NCBI GenBank assembly: GCA_024704765.1
Contig: JAKMXF010000350.1
Location: 62,001 to 126,000, forward strand
DNA length: 64,000 nt
Direction of reading: 5' to 3'
Origin: Oopsacas minuta
Taxonomy: Eukaryota > Animalia > Porifera
How positions within the stretch are numbered: the stretch's first letter is position 1; the number at the start of each line of letters is the position of its first letter. The notes beneath the pieces are model-generated. The model was not told the origin of the DNA, ran no database searches, and saw nothing but the letters and a program-made list of their open reading frames with translations. Below are positions 62,237 through 64,000 of this stretch, piece after piece. The translations under genes and the position numbers were made by a program.

Positions 62237-63301
62237 GTGAGTTAAATTATTTTACTATTTGAAGAGCATTCAATGCACTTTATAAACGCGATTAGACACA
62301 AAGATTACACCTTTAATATTTATTGGATACCTCATGATATCGATATTATCGACTCTCCGATCTGTCAATTATCTGGCTTAGCATCGATTGATTTATACTT
62401 ACTCTAGGGGTTTGAATATAATACCCAAGAACTAACTACGATAACATTATCGAAATAGAAGTACCGATATTCCATAGAATCCTGCTATTTCATGAAAACA
62501 ACCGGTAAAGTAAGCGCATAGAAGAAATCTAGAAATTCATAAGCAAGGGGTCTGTATATTAGTCGTTAGTAGAATAATTCCAATAGGATTTGTATTAAAT
62601 ATTTTAGCTTAGTAAGAAGTAGAATCTCTTTATAATGAACAAGCTCTTTGACCTTCGGTATAAATATACAACCCTGTTTACAATATTTAAGAATTTTATT
62701 ATAAGTACTCTAAACTTTGTCTAATATCATTATAATTATATAATTATCCATAATCGGGTCTATCTACTGATGACTGCATTTATTCAGGTCAAAAGTGTGC
62801 CATTTAGCATTATCAAAATATATAGAATTGTTTTAGATATTTACTGTTCTAGTTTATCCCTAGTCCAAATGTATTAATTACATCGGAAATTAGTGTGTAT
62901 AGCTGTCATCATGTTGAATTAATCCTAATTTTCCAGTTTGTGAAAAGTTAATTAATTCTTATTTTTTACGCGAAATATTTTGGCCAAATTGGACTCACAA
63001 GATATCTCTGCAAACTATATTATAATTATTATCGGCTCTGGTAATCGGATCACTTTGGGTTTAGCTGATAATTAATCGGTGACCCAATAAGCATATGTTA
63101 CTGAACTTATATGGAGGCCATGCAGTCAGTGCTGTCTTTCGACACGATAAATCTTGAGACGAGTACCTCAACTACTAATAAACTGTAGAGAGGAATTTGT
63201 GAAAGAGTTTCCCCCTCAAGCGATCTAGCCCGAGTGCTCATTTTTCTAGAATAATAATTTTATAAATGCTGAAACGAAATTTATTACTCTATCCTTCTCA
63301 G

Positions 63302-63559
63302 TTAATCTTCAAGTCCACAACACAATCTCTCCAATACAACAACCCAGCATTATATACGTATATCCTGACAGTGTATTTAACCTGGAATATAACAGATACT
63401 ATGAGCCTCTCTACAATATTACATGGCTGCTTCAAGAACAGAGTAATCAGCGTATGGCTCCTGAGATATCTAATATAACCATCTCTACTAATTACACAGC
63501 TGTTGTGTTTACAGGAGTACAAGAGCAAAGCAGCACTCAAATACAAGTTAAAATTATTT
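63302..63559 (+). CDS. cysteine-less Ig-like/extracellular domain exon (phase 1-1)
   Basis: Acceptor ccttctcag, donor gtgagt, 258 nt open: NLQVHN...YNITWLLQ...STQIQVKII, with N-glycosylation sequons. Same phase as the two Ig exons. Confidence 0.6.
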
Positions 63560-64000
63560 GTGAGTTATTTATTTACTATTGTAGTTGCTTCTTTTGTTTA
63601 CTCCTATTATTCACATAGTCCTTGCGCTTGTTTTACTGCTTCTCATTATCTTAATTCAATATTTTCTCATAAAGTGTATGTACCCTAGGTCTAGGGCAGT
63701 GGAACCTTTTTTCACCATGGACCCCCTATATTCAGCTTTTGGGGTCCACTGATCTCCTGTCATTAACGTTAGTGCAAACTATGGGGAGTCATAGACTCCT
63801 TCTGGGCCGCTAACACCAGTTGAGAACAACTCACACCAGTCATCGTTGCTAGTTTCTGTATATTCCTTCTGTTACACATAGTGTACCTAAACAACAAACA
63901 AATATGAAAATATAATCCTCGAAACTTTGATATTACAAAGCTCCAATACACCCATTTGATAACTCAGTATTTGACGTGTACGCACAATATATAGCAGTTA

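Overview
AT-rich animal genomic DNA. By inference it is a compact non-bilaterian genome, plausibly sponge or glass sponge, but the taxon cannot be confirmed from sequence alone. The minus strand carries six single-ORF conserved genes (ARL5, bystin, major vault protein, PIGG, DDX52, ANKRD16) and an NHL-repeat gene. It also carries a six-exon model (23195-39147, 4433 aa) in which a sacsin-like protein (3 GHKL repeats + HEPN) splices in frame to a PARP-type ADP-ribosyltransferase exon. Two divergent Transib/RAG1-like transposons are fully delimited by 5-bp TSDs and CACAGTG-type termini. The first (15335-18627) looks intact once a 64-nt intron is removed. The second (55879-59016) is a pseudogene. 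Both have bipartite ends with a second conserved block 7 bp from the heptamer at one end and 16 bp at the other, an RSS-like asymmetry. The plus strand has scattered exons (PDZ domain, phase-1 Ig-like exons), an NHL pseudogene and a frameshifted TFIIA-gamma copy. The rest is MITEs, a foldback-like repeat complex, transposase fragments and one probable assembly duplication at an N. No tRNA, rRNA or CRISPR array was recognised. All coordinates and splice models were read by eye and are not supported by transcripts.
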